DNA of 63,800 nt, the filler included, from Folioceros fuciformis (taxonomy: Eukaryota), in NCBI GenBank assembly GCA_049999805.1. It is 4 parts of 4 records of this genome, joined end to end, with 100 filler letters (N's around TTAATTAATTAA, not from the genome) between each part and the next. Parts side by side here need not be neighbours in the genome. Positions count along the whole stretch, not along the records: positions 1 to 25,618 come from JBNGIO010006257.1; 3 more parts are not named here. One strand, written 5' to 3'. Under the pieces are notes generated by a model. The model saw only the letters and a list, made by a program, of their open reading frames with translations. It did not search any database and was not told the DNA's origin. The position numbers were made by a program, and so were the translations under genes. Shown here one piece after another: positions 1 through 13,402 of the stretch (positions are counted from its first letter, which is position 1; every line of letters starts with the position of its first letter).

Positions 1-62
1 GGGGCAGGGCGTAGGGGGTTTGGGTGTTTGTAACAAAAATGGATCGTGACTCTGTGTTGCAG

Positions 63-1733
63 ATAAGTCTGCCTGTGTCGTTTGCTCTAGTTTCTCCAAC
101 TGCACAAATTCTGGCGGGGAGGTATACAGGTGTGTCTGCGACTCGGGGTATGAGGGAGACGGCACCTTGAATGGGACCAGCTGTCATGCCAAATCGCCTC
201 CTTCCTCGGGCCTTGAAGCAGGTGGGATTCCAAGACGAAGTGCATGAAGCGTTTCTCTAAAGATGTTTGGTTGTCTTGTCTTGTCATGTTGTTGCAGTAG
301 CTTAGCCGTTTGATGTGATGACTTCCGACCACAGGGGTGATTGCGGGAGGAGTTGCAGCTGCTGTTGTTCTACTCGTTGGTTGCTGCTTCTTTGCTGCAA
401 GGAAGGCAGTGCTGCTGAGGCAGGAAAGGCCATTGCGACGGGAGCTCAAAAAGCTCGAGGAGCTGATTCAAGGCTGTTCTGGGCCCCAAGCTGCCATCAT
501 CTTTCCTTACAAGGTACCTGCTGCAGGAGCGTTGCGTGGCTTGATTTTGGTTCAAAAGCTTGCTTCTTGTGTGTGTTGCGTAAGGATGGAAGCTGCTGTT
601 GCTGATGTTCGTGTGCCTGCTGGACCTGTCACGCATTGGAATTACACGAAAAGGTGATAGAGGTCGCCACGAAGCGATTCTCTGAGTCTCAGAGGCTGGG
701 CGGAGGGGCGTTCGGCACTGTATATGCGGGCAAGTTGTCTCAAGGCACGCGGATAGCAGTGAAGAGGGTGAACCAGAGCAACGCCCACGGCCTGCAGCAG
801 TTCCGGAACGAAGTGGAGTGCCTGGCCAAGGTGAACCACACGGGCCTGGTGCGCCTGCTGGGGTGCTGCCTAGAGCTGCGAGACCCTCTGGTGGTGTATG
901 AGTTTGTGGCCAACGGGACTCTGCGGCAGCACCTGCAGCAGGAGAGGGGCAAGATACTGACTTGGGGTACCCGGATGAAGATCGCTGTGGAGGTTTCCCA
1001 GGCTCTTGCCTACCTGCATTCAGTGTTGACACCTCCCATCTTTCACCGGGACGTCAAGTCCTCCAATATCCTACTGGACAGCTCCTTCGCTGCTAAGCTG
1101 GCTGATTTTGGCTTGTCCAGGTTGGTGCCGCTGGGTGCCACCCATGTCTCCACTATGGCTCAAGGCACTCCCGGGTACCTGGATCCTGACTATTACCGCA
1201 CCTACCATCTCACGGACAAGAGTGATGTTTACAGCTTTGGAGTTGTTCTCATGGAACTGGTGACAGCAAGGAAGGCCTTAGACTTGAACCACGAGGAACG
1301 GGAGGTTCCCCTGGCAAGTCTGGCCATCCAGAGGCTGTCCAGCGGCGAGTTGGATCAGATTATCGATCCATCTCTGCAGACCAACATGACCCCAGAGTCA
1401 AAGCGTATGATACAACAGGTTGCGGAGCTGGCTTTTCGTTGTTTGGCCTTCACTCGTCAGGACAGACCATCCATGAATGAAGTATGTTGTTGTCCCAGCC
1501 TGCATGCAACCTCCCTGCCTTTCAGATGCTTGACACAACCGTACCTACTACTCACGTTTCCGAGATGGGGCACTGTTCTGCAGGTGGCGGATGCGCTTGA
1601 GACCATCCGACTGTCTTCTTGTCTCAACCAAGGGTCGCTTTCATCGAATGCTGTGGCGTTCCATGATCGTCGAGGGGATCTAATGCGACCTCTTGGCCAC
1701 CTACTGTTTACGAACAATTCCATGAGCAGATGA
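63..1733 (+). CDS. Wall-associated-kinase-like receptor kinase (EGF-like + TM + Ser/Thr kinase), 5' part outside window
   Basis: Exons 63-221 (EGF-like CVVCSSFSNC...RCVCDSGYEGDG...SC), 335-513 (TM helix VAAAVVLLVGCCFF), 654-1481 (GGGAFGTVY, AVKR, HRDVKSSN, DFG, GTPGYLDP), 1584-1733. GT/AG sites join in frame. Confidence 0.9.
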
Positions 1734-2224
1734 TCAACAAAGCAGAGCAGGTACGAATGAAATACTCAAGATATTATAAGTAAACTAGAATCCTGTATGT
1801 GGGATTTGTTGGGAGTTTTACGATGTTCTCTCTCGTCAAAAAGGTATCACTCGCACCTAGTCCTACTGTGGTACGAATCTTTGATCGTGGAACGATTCCA
1901 GAAAGAAAGCATCAGGTCTCAGATGGCAGCCAATTGTCAGTCGTCGTACTGCGACGCTTGGGTTTTCTGCCTCTTGCGACGCCCAAGCCAGGACAGAACA
2001 CTCGCAACTCTTTTGCCGAGCCATCTCTTGGAGTCACCTTGCGCGGTTGACTGCCAATTGTTCTTTCCGAGTCAGTCCCACATGGATCCATGAACGCCCA
2101 AGGATATATTTGTAGAGCGCAGTACAAATGACGCTGGCCAGAGAATGTACCTGTGGAGCACCAGTTGTCGTTTCTCCAACTGTAGACGTGGACGAGATGA
2201 TGCTGGCGATAACAAGCTAGAGAA

Positions 2225-4104
2225 TTAGTTGCTGTAAGTAGCGTTCAATGCAGAAGTCCCGACAGTGCGTGAAGTTTGAAAATTAAGCGACAGAATCAGC
2301 TGATACCTGTAGCTCCAGCTGAATCCTATCTCAGGAGAGTTGCACAGCGCTCCGTGGCAGGGCCATCTGATGCTGTAGCAGACGAATGAGTCCTTGGCCC
2401 TGAGCACAATATCTCCTTTGGGCCATCTTATGGTAGTGGGCTGTCCATCTTTAAGAAGGGACCAGAAGGAGAGAACATCTACAGCAAGCTCACTAGAGCT
2501 CTTGTTTTCTAGTGCCAGCATAATATGCCACCAGGGCTCTCCATCATGCGCTTCTCGCAGACCAGCTTTCATCGTCATTGCAACTGAAGGTGATGGTGCC
2601 CTCCGTTCCTCTAGAATCTCGTGTAATTCTCTTGTGGTACTCACAACAGAAGGATACACATTCAAAGAGGAGAGGTGGTTAGGGGCACTTGGGTCAATCT
2701 CAACGCCCTCCTCGCCCTGCTGGTCCGCTCCTGATGATGACATTTCAGCACCAGTGCGCGACTCATCACAAGAGGTTGCGTCCATAGATGGCTGCTCATG
2801 TCCAGCCCCTTGCACTACCTGCAGAAAGCCATAGACAGTTATGGTGCTATGCTGCCAGTATCTCATCGAATATGGGTTTTTGTTCTTTAGGATAGCTGAG
2901 CTTACTCCATCGTTTTGCCATTTGTCGTCCTTAAGGGCGTCGGAAAGGCAGGACCCTTCAGGCTGATGATTACCGGCCGCAGCTTGACGAGGCGGCAACC
3001 GAATTGAGTCGCTGACAGCTGACAAGCTCTCCTGCCAATCAACCGAGATAACATTGATTCATCAATGTGACACCACAGCCTCGTCCCTGTTTTGTTATAT
3101 TGTGCCACTCATCTGCTCACCTCACCTTGGAAACAAAGCTGAAGGAACTTCCTGGCTTGATAACGGTTTCTAGAAACGTCGTAATGCCCCGGTGAAGCTG
3201 TTTCCAATTGATCGCTCTAGCTTCAAGCAGGGTGGAGACACCTGAGGCGTGCGCGTTGTCCTCTGTGTCCATCCTGCATCCGCAATTCAGGGGCTAGACG
3301 TGAATCTATGAGAGGCCTCCTGGCCTCTGCTGCACGAACCTCAGGTTCACTACACTGGGCCCATGGTGGCAAATGATTCTATGGTGCAGTACCATTCTGT
3401 CGTACCATGTGTTATCCAAATGCTGAACGATGATATTGTCAACGGTACGCTCCACATCAGCTGCAAATTAGCGGAAGGAATTGGATTGTGAGCGCAGTAG
3501 CTCTCGGCTCAGATTGCTCCCTCCCCATGTGCACTTGGCATGTGGGAGCGAGTAACCTCGAGGCAGCGTGAAAACTGCAGAAGATGCCTCATTCACATAA
3601 CTTCGTCTGTAATCGACAATAGCCACTGCATCCTTCTCCACCACAGTAGCAAGGCGCGTTGCCAATTGCCTGAGCTTCCTGGACCGGTCCAGTTCCACAG
3701 GTATTCGCTGGAACAACTGACGGAGGTTCTTCAATCCCGCCAATATCCTACCGAATGCAGCATAAGATTCAATATTTTCAACTCCTGATCCGTCTCCAAT
3801 GGCGCAAGCAAACGAGAGGCCGCCAGGCACAGTGCCAGCTACAACATCAACGGATGACCGCATCATCAACACTTACTTGTCAGTGCATCGCGGAAAAGGA
3901 TTTCTGTGTGGATCTGACCAGACCAGCTCCTGCACACTGTGACAAGAAGATTAAAGGCCTCTGGAGCTCGCCTCCGAACGTGCTCCCGCCAAAACAGGCA
4001 GGCAATCTGTCATCTGAATTCCCAGCGCGGAGGAAAGCAGGAGAGTCTCACAAACAAAATTCGCGGCCGAGATGGCCATCAATTGTCGCCAGCCACTCCG
4101 CCAT
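2225..4104 (-). CDS. Uncharacterised 418-aa protein, 7 exons
   Basis: Exons 4104-4052, 3929-3877, 3784-3557, 3460-3406, 3273-3126, 3031-2906, 2818-2225. All introns are GT-AG, ~87-132 nt, with consistent phases and no internal stops. No family recognised. Confidence 0.7.
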
Positions 4105-4361
4105 GATCACTCGTATTAGCAATTCCACAGAGATTGAGACCTGATCTGAATCATTTCGCGGACGCAGCTCTGAGTCGTTTCTCCTTAGAGTTGGAGGTAC
4201 GGTTCATTAAGGAGATATGAAAATGATGCTGCCAGGCCAGCCACTCGGCCTCCATCACACGGACAAAACATGTCCACAGAAATTCAGCCCTAACCAACAG
4301 TTTCCACGAGGCCCGCGAACCGCATCAGGATATTCACCAAAAGTTCCAGCCGAAACTATCT

Positions 4362-4451
4362 CAAGAATCACACCAGATCTGCCAGCCACCGACATCCGAA
4401 GCAAGAATCACACTAGATCTGCCAGCCACCAACATCCGAAGCAAGAATCAC
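4362..4451. repeat. 40-bp tandem repeat (2.2 copies); related single copy at 6383-6424
   Basis: caagaatcacacYagatctgccagccaccRacatccgaag repeated. Confidence 0.85.
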
Positions 4452-5483
4452 CTTTCTCAAGGTCGGTGGTGTAGTTTCTACTCATGTGGTCGGTGGCCCG
4501 GGAAGGAACATATTCAGGATCGACACGACCTGAATGCAGCGGTTTCTTTCTACGACAAGAACGCTGAGCTGGTGAAGGTCAGCGTGGCTGATTCTATCAA
4601 CTTCGAAACGTGAGACACTGGTTACCCCTGCCCTCTCATCCTTTAAACCCTTCCACCACTCGATCCAGTCGCTCTGACTGTCACCAGAAGGCGGGGATCT
4701 GACATTATGATTGCAGAAATTCACTAGGTGGAGGTGAGATCCCCTTCCACAGTAGAGAATTGCAATGAAGCGATGGCTGCTACGTCTGCGTTTGCCGAGC
4801 TCGCATCTCCCCCATCATAACCTTTATCCAAGCAAGGGGTACTAACTGTAGTTGTCCCCAATGCCGCTACTGGTGCAGGTACGGTACTCTCATCTACAGC
4901 GGGAAGCGCAAAAAGTAGAAAGGTGACAATTAAATAATTGCTGACCATCCACGGTCAGCAATTTTGTTTCGGATCCACTTAGGGTTTAGACTGGCCCCTA
5001 CACACACACGGTACAGAGGCGTGCACCACGCCCCGCTACTCAGCGGCATGCATCCATCAGCTGTCATACATACTCGGCTTCCGGAGGGAGGATCTCATAG
5101 CTATCTCTGCGGATTCTTACATCCTTGTGGCGCATGATTTCCTAAAACTCTGAGTGCACTTTTGGACTCGAGACAAACTTCATCATCTTGAACCGGGAAT
5201 TCGAGCTGCAAGCAGCAGGAGGATACTCACTCATGAGGCCTTGCGTCTGACATAAAGTTCCAAATCATGTATTCAGAAAAAAAAGGTGAAGGGCCTCGAA
5301 CTGCCATGGAAATCATCCTCCAGATGGTCTTACCAGGGGCATACACGAACTGCTGGGTCGCACGGGCTACTTGAAGCTCGTATGCCGGGCAAAAGTCTCC
5401 ACACTGTTAACAACACATACTGCTCGGTTGGGCTGCGCTGAAGTTGCACGTGATGGCAAGCGAGTCCAGAACCTCGGTAGACT

Positions 5484-6125
5484 TCAAACCAGGGGCAGGC
5501 ATGAAAGGCGAAAGTCACGCTGAGCTCCGCAGCCACCGACTCCACCACACCGGCACTCGGAATTGCCCGCCGGCGCCGGCAGCAGATGCAGAGACTCCAC
5601 TCCAACATGGGTGAGGGAGGACCCAAGACCAATTTGGAAGGCAGTGACCGGACCATTCTGCGCCGCCCTTTCCAGGTGGCCAGCTCCCTGAGCAGTGGGG
5701 AATAGAACAACGGCTGCACCAGGAGCTTCGTCAGTGTGCTGGCGCTCGCCTCGGACCTGCACATCACAGGCAATTACGCTCTTTATGGTGTTCACTGGGG
5801 TCCGGAGGATTCCGCTGTGGAAGCCGCGTAGGCCGCCTCCCGTTTTCTATCGAGTCCGCGTAGAAAGAAAGCGGCGCCGGCCGGGATTGAGACGTCGGCG
5901 TGGTCTTGCGCCCGAGCGGCCTTGGTCACCAGCCTGTCGGAGCAGGCTGGAGCAAACGGCGCAGGCGGGAACTGCATTTTCCGCCCGCCCGTAGATCCTC
6001 GCGCGCGCCAGAAACAGGATCATGGCCCGGGGCTGCGCCGGGACCTGCCAGACGGCGAATGTCCCGTCCGCAACTTTTTGGAAGGCAGGCGACAGCGGCA
6101 TGTCCTCAACCGCCGTCACCTTCAT
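5484..6125 (-). pseudogene. Decayed gene of an uncharacterised plant alpha/beta-hydrolase-like family
   Basis: Fragments in different frames: VWQVPAQPRAMILFL, CAVCSSL, DRLVTKAARAQDHADVSI and VAAELSVTFAFH..WFE. These resemble the recalled family motifs IWQIPxxPKAVLF..CxxCxGLPEERLIV..EELNLAYAYH..WFE. Frameshifts and stops present. Confidence 0.5.
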
Positions 6126-7913
6126 CCCTGGGCCACCATAACTCAGCACAGCACAACCATGGAACACAGCAGGACCAGGCCAGACATCCTGCTCCCTTTC
6201 CGTCCGCCCACGGTGGCCACAGGCACAAGAAAGGATAAACCCCGATCGCGAGGCGAAGAGCACAGGCGAGGGAGATCAACATGCGTGGAATGACCTCTAT
6301 CTAGCTAGCTAGCTCCATCACCGCCTCCACTTTACACGTCGGTAAATTGAACCTGAGTTCCCGCTACTCAAAGCATCTGGAGATCACACCACATCTCCCA
6401 GCCACGACATCCGCGGCAAGAATCGAATATCACAAGCCGTGGACTCGTACCCTAGAATCGCGCTCCATCCAAGAATCAAACACGATCAACGGAACTCCAT
6501 CATAGTGCAAGCAAGTTGAACGTCGAACTTTTCATAGAACAGTTTCCAGCCTCATGTTCCGCTTCAGCTCGGAGCAGCACACTCACCTACCTACCACAGC
6601 CACAAGTCGAAGCTGCGTGTCGGCAACCGTTACGCCAAGATTAGGATGCTCGCGGGAACTCCTCCTCTCCTCTCCTCTACTATTGTATTGTATGCACTCT
6701 CCTTTCCTCTCATCTCCGAAGCAACGACGAAGCGCACAGAGGGAAGAAAGGAGAGGAGGACAAAGGAGGAATGTGCTACAGTGCATGTTGGAGGCACCCG
6801 ATTGGCCCACGCCACGAACAGTAGACATGGTACCACGGAATGTGTTCCGGGCGAGCGACGCTCCGCCGATGGATCCAATCACACGCAGCAGCCACTGGCA
6901 GACACGTGCCTCTCCCCACGGACCCCCTGCCCTTCCCTTGACAGGGCCTGAGAGACGAGATTCGGCGCCGATTCCTGCCGCTCCGACAGCTGATCGAGCC
7001 AACCAGTCGATGGCTTTCAACAAGTGGGCAATGACTGACCACCCGTCGAACGCATCATCGCAATGCAGCCTACTACACCACACTACAACCACTATCATGT
7101 CCTGCTGTTAATATTCCTAACACGTAGATAGAGATTTATGGCTTACTACTACCTACTGTACATAGATATATAGATAGAGACGCACAGTTTGTATTGTAAT
7201 CCTCTACTGGTATTACAGTACGTTCTTGACCTATGTAAGTAAGGTCTCTCCTAGACATTGCCTTTCTGTGCGTGGTGAGTCCGCTCCCCCCGTTCTCTGC
7301 CCTTTCCTACGCAGGAAGTATGCTATCGGGTTCTTTCTCGGACGCTCAGTAGCACACAATCTAGCAGGGAAATTAAAGAGGACGATGGGATGCAGGTCTC
7401 AAGTAAATTGATCGTGGTGAGTTTTCTTTTTAGAAATTTCGGGATGGATGTGACCGACATAGTCGGTGTGGAGACGATCGGGCGGGCCAGGGAGAGGGCC
7501 GAGCCCAAGTCCCAGGCCCAGGCCGAGGTTGGGCCGTGAGAAGTGTGGCATAGGCTCCGCCAGAAGGGAGCCCGAAGGGCCTGTTTGCTGTTGATTCCTG
7601 CTGCATTGGCGACAGCAGCACAGCACCGCACAGCACGGCACAGGAGGGAGAGGAGGAGATGCTTATGAGGCACAGACTGGGCGTTGGGTTCTGCCCATGT
7701 TGGGTACAGCGAGCGGAAATTGCGTGATGGGATGACGATCTCGGAGCGGATTCCTGGCTTCCGGGATCGGGTTCCGGGGTGCGCTATCACACGCCCGTCG
7801 TAGCAGTAGGAGGAGGTGTGGAAATTGCGGCATCGGGCCACCCGCGGGAGAGTGATGTGAAGATCGGAGAGTTCTGGCAAGCTGTGCTCCCGCTGCGCTG
7901 CGCTGCGGTCGCA

Positions 7914-10900
7914 ATGTCGTCGTACAAGATGTTTCACTACAAGATGCCGTCCTGGCCTCTCTCCGAGTACCTTCACAGGACCAACTCGCAGCTGGTACGC
8001 CCCGTGGAGCTCTTGTGTAGTAGGATGGCTGGATTTGGAGGTACGGTGTGTGGTTGATTTGGAGGAGGTGTGATAGTCGCTGCGTGCTGGGTGGGGTGCT
8101 GGTGCGCAGAAGGACGAAGGGCCTGGAGCTCCACCGCCGCTGGCGTGGAAGCGCAAGCTCAACAGCCATGCTAATATCCTCAAGGAATTCAGTGTTACGT
8201 TCGTGGAAGCGATAAGAATGGTACCGAGGATGAGGGAATTTCATCTGCTCGGAGGCGGATCCGCACTCTAGCGGTGCCCAACATTTGGTTTTAATCGAGT
8301 TTGTTTGTGGCTTTGTCAGCTGGGCTTGGGATTGCGTCTCTGGACCTACGTCAGGTCAGAACGTGCTCAAGGAAGGGTAATTCCTCTGGCGATCCGTTTG
8401 TTTGCTTCTGGCTGTGCCAAATTTGGTATTCATTCCGCCGTCCATATGCTTCACAGGCTGCGCCCATTGACCCGTTTAAAGCCAAGGATTCGAAACCCTC
8501 CGCTTGTCATGGCGTTCCGCTTGGGGGAATCGGGTTAGTGCGTCTGCTCTCAGCGTTCTGGTGAATTGGGCGCGCCAGCGAGACTTGACAACTCTGCAGC
8601 TGGGAATGACCAGCTCCTCACATTACGGGGTAGCAAGTAATGTGGTTTCTTATTGCGATTCCGCAGGGGCGGCAGCATCGGCAGGGGTTTCAGAGGAGAA
8701 TTCAGAAGATGGCAACTCATTCCTGGTGTTTGTGAAGAAGCTCCAGTCTGGGCAAATCAGTTCTCCGTACGTGAACTGCTCATGGTTTCAGTTTCATCTG
8801 GTTCGCCGGACTAGGATTCTGAGAGGGGTGCCCTTTTTGCGTTTGGCGCAAATGTTCGTCGGTTGTGTCAGGTCTTCGTCACCCGTGAGAAGGAGTACGG
8901 TGGGCATAAACAGTTTTCTTCCGTTCTTTCTCCCGGCATGCCTCCGGAGCTCTTGTAAGGCCACATCTGTTGTGATCGGGTGGTCGTTTGCTCTCGGTTT
9001 GGGCTCTGAGACTGGAGGAGCGAAACTGTCTCTCCAGGAAAACGCCAGATGACGCAGGCATTTCTTCTTGGGATTGGAATTTGGGTGGGCAGCATTCCTC
9101 ATACCATGCTCTTTTTCCACGGGCTTGGACTGTTTACGAAGGTACCAGCACCCCTGTTAATTCTTTCACGCACTTGGAAGCTGAGAGAAGGATACTAGCT
9201 TTTCCTCATGTGATGCAGGCGAACCAGATCCGGATTTGAAAATTTCCTGTAGGCAGGTGTCTCCTTTCATTCCGCACAATTACACTGAGAGTAGCTTCCC
9301 AACTAGCGTCTTTTCTTACACTGTAAGTACGGGGCATCCACTTCAGAGATACGGGAAAAAATTGCTGAGCAATTGTTAGTCACTGGAAGAACGAGGCATG
9401 TTGTCTGAGGTCTGAAGTACAAACTTTCTACAGGTTTACAACTCTGGCAGAGAAAGCGCCAATGTCACTGTGCTTTTCACATGGGCGGTAAGCCTCCAGC
9501 AGTTGCTGCAAGGGCTCGATATTTTCTATCAACGAGCCCAGCTACTAACATATGCTTAACAGAACTCGATCGGGGGTGTGTCACATTTCACCGGCGGTCA
9601 TTACAACAGTCCATTTGAGTGAGTTCCTTTCTATCCTTTTGTTCTCCTTCGAATGAGTTGAGTTGATCGCAGAGAGACTAGCCCCCAGAACCTTTGGTAT
9701 GTCTGCACATCATGAGACACCCGTTTTTCATGTCCTTTGTTCAGGGAGGAAGATGGTGTTAGGGGTGTTCTTCTCAATCACAAGTAAGTTTTGACTATTT
9801 TCCGTGCACTTGGCTGTGCAGTTGGTCTTAGAAGTAACAGAGGCATGCAGGGAGGGAGTGCATGAGAAGCTGAAGAAGTAACCGACGCTTTGGTTCTGCA
9901 GGACAGAGAAATATCCGGAAATTAAGTTTGCCATTGCAGCACGGCAAACTGGTGATGTCAAGGTGTCTGTATGTCCTTCCTTTCTCCTCTCTGGGAAGGA
10001 GGGGGAGTACACTGCAAAAGACATGTGGTCCCAGGTTAAAGAGGTGCTGAAACTTTCATGAGTTTCCTGTTGCAGGGAGCATGAGTTGCACAGTCCTATG
10101 GTTTGAATTGTTCGCCCTGAATGTGTGGGGTTTGAAATGTTCAATCTGTACACAGCATGGTTCATTTGCTGAGGAGAACTTTAATGCGAAGGATTTACCA
10201 CCATCGGCAATGGGCACAGCTGTTGGTGCTGCAGTGGCAGCTTCTGTGGTGGTGCCACCCAATGGAAAGAAAATTGTTGTCTTTTCATTGGCTTGGGATT
10301 GTCCAGAAGCGAAGTTTTTGAAAGGAAGATCTTACTACCGGTGGGTGTGTTTTGTGAACAGTTCAGTCTCAATGGAGCTCTGACTTTGACTTTGTACACC
10401 TCTCTGTTGACGTGATGCCTGATCCCCCCACATGTATTTACGTGATGTTCAATTCCTTGACATGTATTTATCAAGAGCAGCCGGTACACACAATTCTTGG
10501 GTTCCTCAGGACAGGCTGCGAAGAAGCTTGTGCACAAGGCCCTGCTCGGTAAGCACTCGGAGTGGCATTTGCAACACTTTTCATTGTCGTAATTGTGGTG
10601 CTCCACGTCACTAAATTAACAAGTTGCCTGTGTGTAGACTACCGGAAATGGGAGACTTGCATAGAGGATTGGCAGCGACCTATTTTGGAAGACGAAAAGC
10701 TTCCTGAATGGTGCGAGATGGTCGTTTGAGGCAGTTGATTTGTGGAAGAGCTGTGTAATGTGCAAAACAACCCGCGTGCTGAGGTGTGTCTGGTCTGGTC
10801 CAGGTATCGGATAACACTGTTCAATGAATTGTACTACCTGGTTGCGGGAGGAACTATATGGACCGGTAAGTCAGGACCAACTAACACCCCTGGTAGAGGA

Positions 10901-12832
10901 TTGTGACCGACATCGTTTTGTCTGGCCTCAAATCAAAAATTTTTTTTATGACATGTTCAGATGGTGGCCCTTCCCTGCAAGAGAGGGGAGAGGTCATATC
11001 AGCGCAAACGTCGAAGAGACCAGAAACTATCCTTATTGGGCAGTCTCCTGTGGCCGTGGATGGTCATGAGTGTAGCCAGGGCGCAATTCCATCAGCAGAT
11101 CTTGACTTGAATACTGACGGGGAAACGGATGGGATATCTGTTTCTCCTGAACATCGTACCGGAGCCAGCTCCAACAGCTCTTCTCCAGGAAAGGAGGATA
11201 CTTATCCTTTAGACGCCAAGGTGTTTTTTGAGACAAGTGCCGAGCTGCTCGAAAACTCCCAACACAGCAAGGAATGGAGGCTGGGAAATGAGTCATCGGG
11301 TAAAGTAGAACGTGAGAGTGAGCCAGAACAGGAGGTTTGTATCACAGATTCAGAAGGGTCCGCAGAGAGAATGATATTGAAGACCATCGAAGCAGTGGTG
11401 CCACATAAAAAGTATGACTCTGCATCGTTTGGCTTTTCCAGTGGAACAGCCTTGCTTTCCAAAGGCGAGGAAAATGTGGGCCAGTTCCTGTACTTGGAGG
11501 GAGTGGAGTATGCCTTCTGGTGCACTTATGATGTGCACTTCTATGCATCCTTTGCGCTGCTCAATCTTTTTCCCAAGCTGGAGCTTAGCATTCAACGTGA
11601 TTATGCGGCAGCTACCCTTACGCACCAAGCTGAGAGAGTCAAGTACCTGGCTGAGGGTAATTGGGGTGTGAGGAAAGTCTTCGGGTCGGTACCACATGAT
11701 TTGGGTACTCACGATCCATGGGTAGAGGTCAATGCATACAACATCCACGATACCAGTAAGTGGAAGGACCTGAATCCTAAGTTTGTTGTCCAAGTGTACA
11801 GAGATGTGGTCGCTACCGGAGATTTAGGTTTTGCCAAAGCAGTCTGGCCTGCAGTGTACGCGGCTATGGCATACATGGACCAATTTGACAGAGATAGGGA
11901 TGGTCTCATCGAAAACGATGGGTTCCCTGACCAGACTTATGATACCTGGCCTGTGCATGGTATCAGTGCTTACTGTGGAGGACTGTGGCTGGCGGCCCTT
12001 CAAGCGGCTGCTGCTATGGCTGGCTTAGTTCAAGATACGAATGCGGCTAAGTATTTCCGTGGGAAATTTAGCCAAGCAAGGGTTGTGTATGACAAGAAGC
12101 TTTGGAACGGATCCTACTTCAATTACGACAGTGGAACGAGCAGCAATAGCAAGTCTATTCAGGCTGACCAAATGGCGGGGCAATGGTATGCTTGGGCATC
12201 TGGGTTGCCACCACTCTTCGAGGACTACAAGGCACGAAGTGCGCTGAAAAAGATCTTCGATTTCAATGTCCTCAAGGTGCAAGGAGGCAAGATGGGCGCT
12301 GTCAACGGCATGCACCCAGATGGCAGAGTTGATGAGACCTCAATGCAGTCTCGAGAGGTGTGGACAGGTGTAACGTATTCCCTGGCTGCTGCTATGATCT
12401 ATGAAGGAATGAGGGATGAGGCATTTATAGCTGCTGAGGGAATCTACCTGGCTTCATGGTTGGACTTGGGGTAAGCCAGCAACATGCTTTTGAGAATGCT
12501 TGTACCTGTTCCTCTGTCCATGCTACTCCCTTACTAACAAGTGCTGTGGCAATACCAGGTACTGGTTCCAAACTCCAGAGGCTTGGACAACAAGTGGAAG
12601 CTATAGATCCCTCACTTACATGCGGCCACTCGCCATCTGGGCTATGCAGTGGGCACTGTATCCGCCAAAGAATGTTACAGAGGCTCCAAAACTACAGCAG
12701 ATGGAGAAGGGATGCAGCTACCTGCACGAAGGCTTCTCTGCTGTTGCAGATGCTTTGAGGCATGCTCCAAGGCCACCGATTCGTCAACTTTGCAATCTCT
12801 GTTCCGCCGTTCTCTGCTGTAAATGCCGTTGA
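7914..12832 (+). CDS. GBA2: Non-lysosomal glucosylceramidase (GH116), multi-exon
   Basis: Exon 1 7914-7994 ([19 protein letters not shown]), exon 2 8110-8220 ([16 protein letters not shown]), [89 protein letters not shown]. Confidence 0.95.
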
Positions 12833-13402
12833 CGTAAGTCATGGTTATCGTTGCAGATCCACTCCTTCAGACACTGGAGTCGATTGAAGGTCTTAAAACT
12901 GGAGAGACTTTTGGATACCGTCATCGTGTTAGTGAAACATTCTTTGAAGTGTAGGAGCTTAATCACTGGAAGAATCCGAATTGGTGAGGAGCCTAGACAG
13001 TGAAGGAGACGAGACAGCGATGGGCCTTCACGTTATTGCACCTCGAGCTTTCTTCTGAAGTTCCGTTCGAGGCACAACAACGCTAAGAGAGTTGCCTCCG
13101 GAAGTGGGAGTTGTATATAGTTATTTAAATAAATTTCTCTTAAACAGATATCTCAATCCAATGACAGGAGGACTTTACAACATACAGATTCGTGGTGACC
13201 TGTTGAGAAGATCAATCCCGGTGGGAGGTAGCCTGTTCTAAGATGAGAAACTGTCTAGCCTGCAGGGCAGGTGACTTTGGCACAGCTCAAACTCTCGATC
13301 TCCTAACGGGGCCTTAAGGCTCTCTGCAATGAAGGCAAAATGCTGGATTAGAAGGGAAAGATTTAAGACACAGATGCTGTGAATATCTGATGACAAAATA
13401 AC

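Noticed and set aside
6554-7641. Overlapping ORFs on both strands
   Set aside because: No motifs or convincing splice structure; likely GC-rich intergenic/promoter DNA
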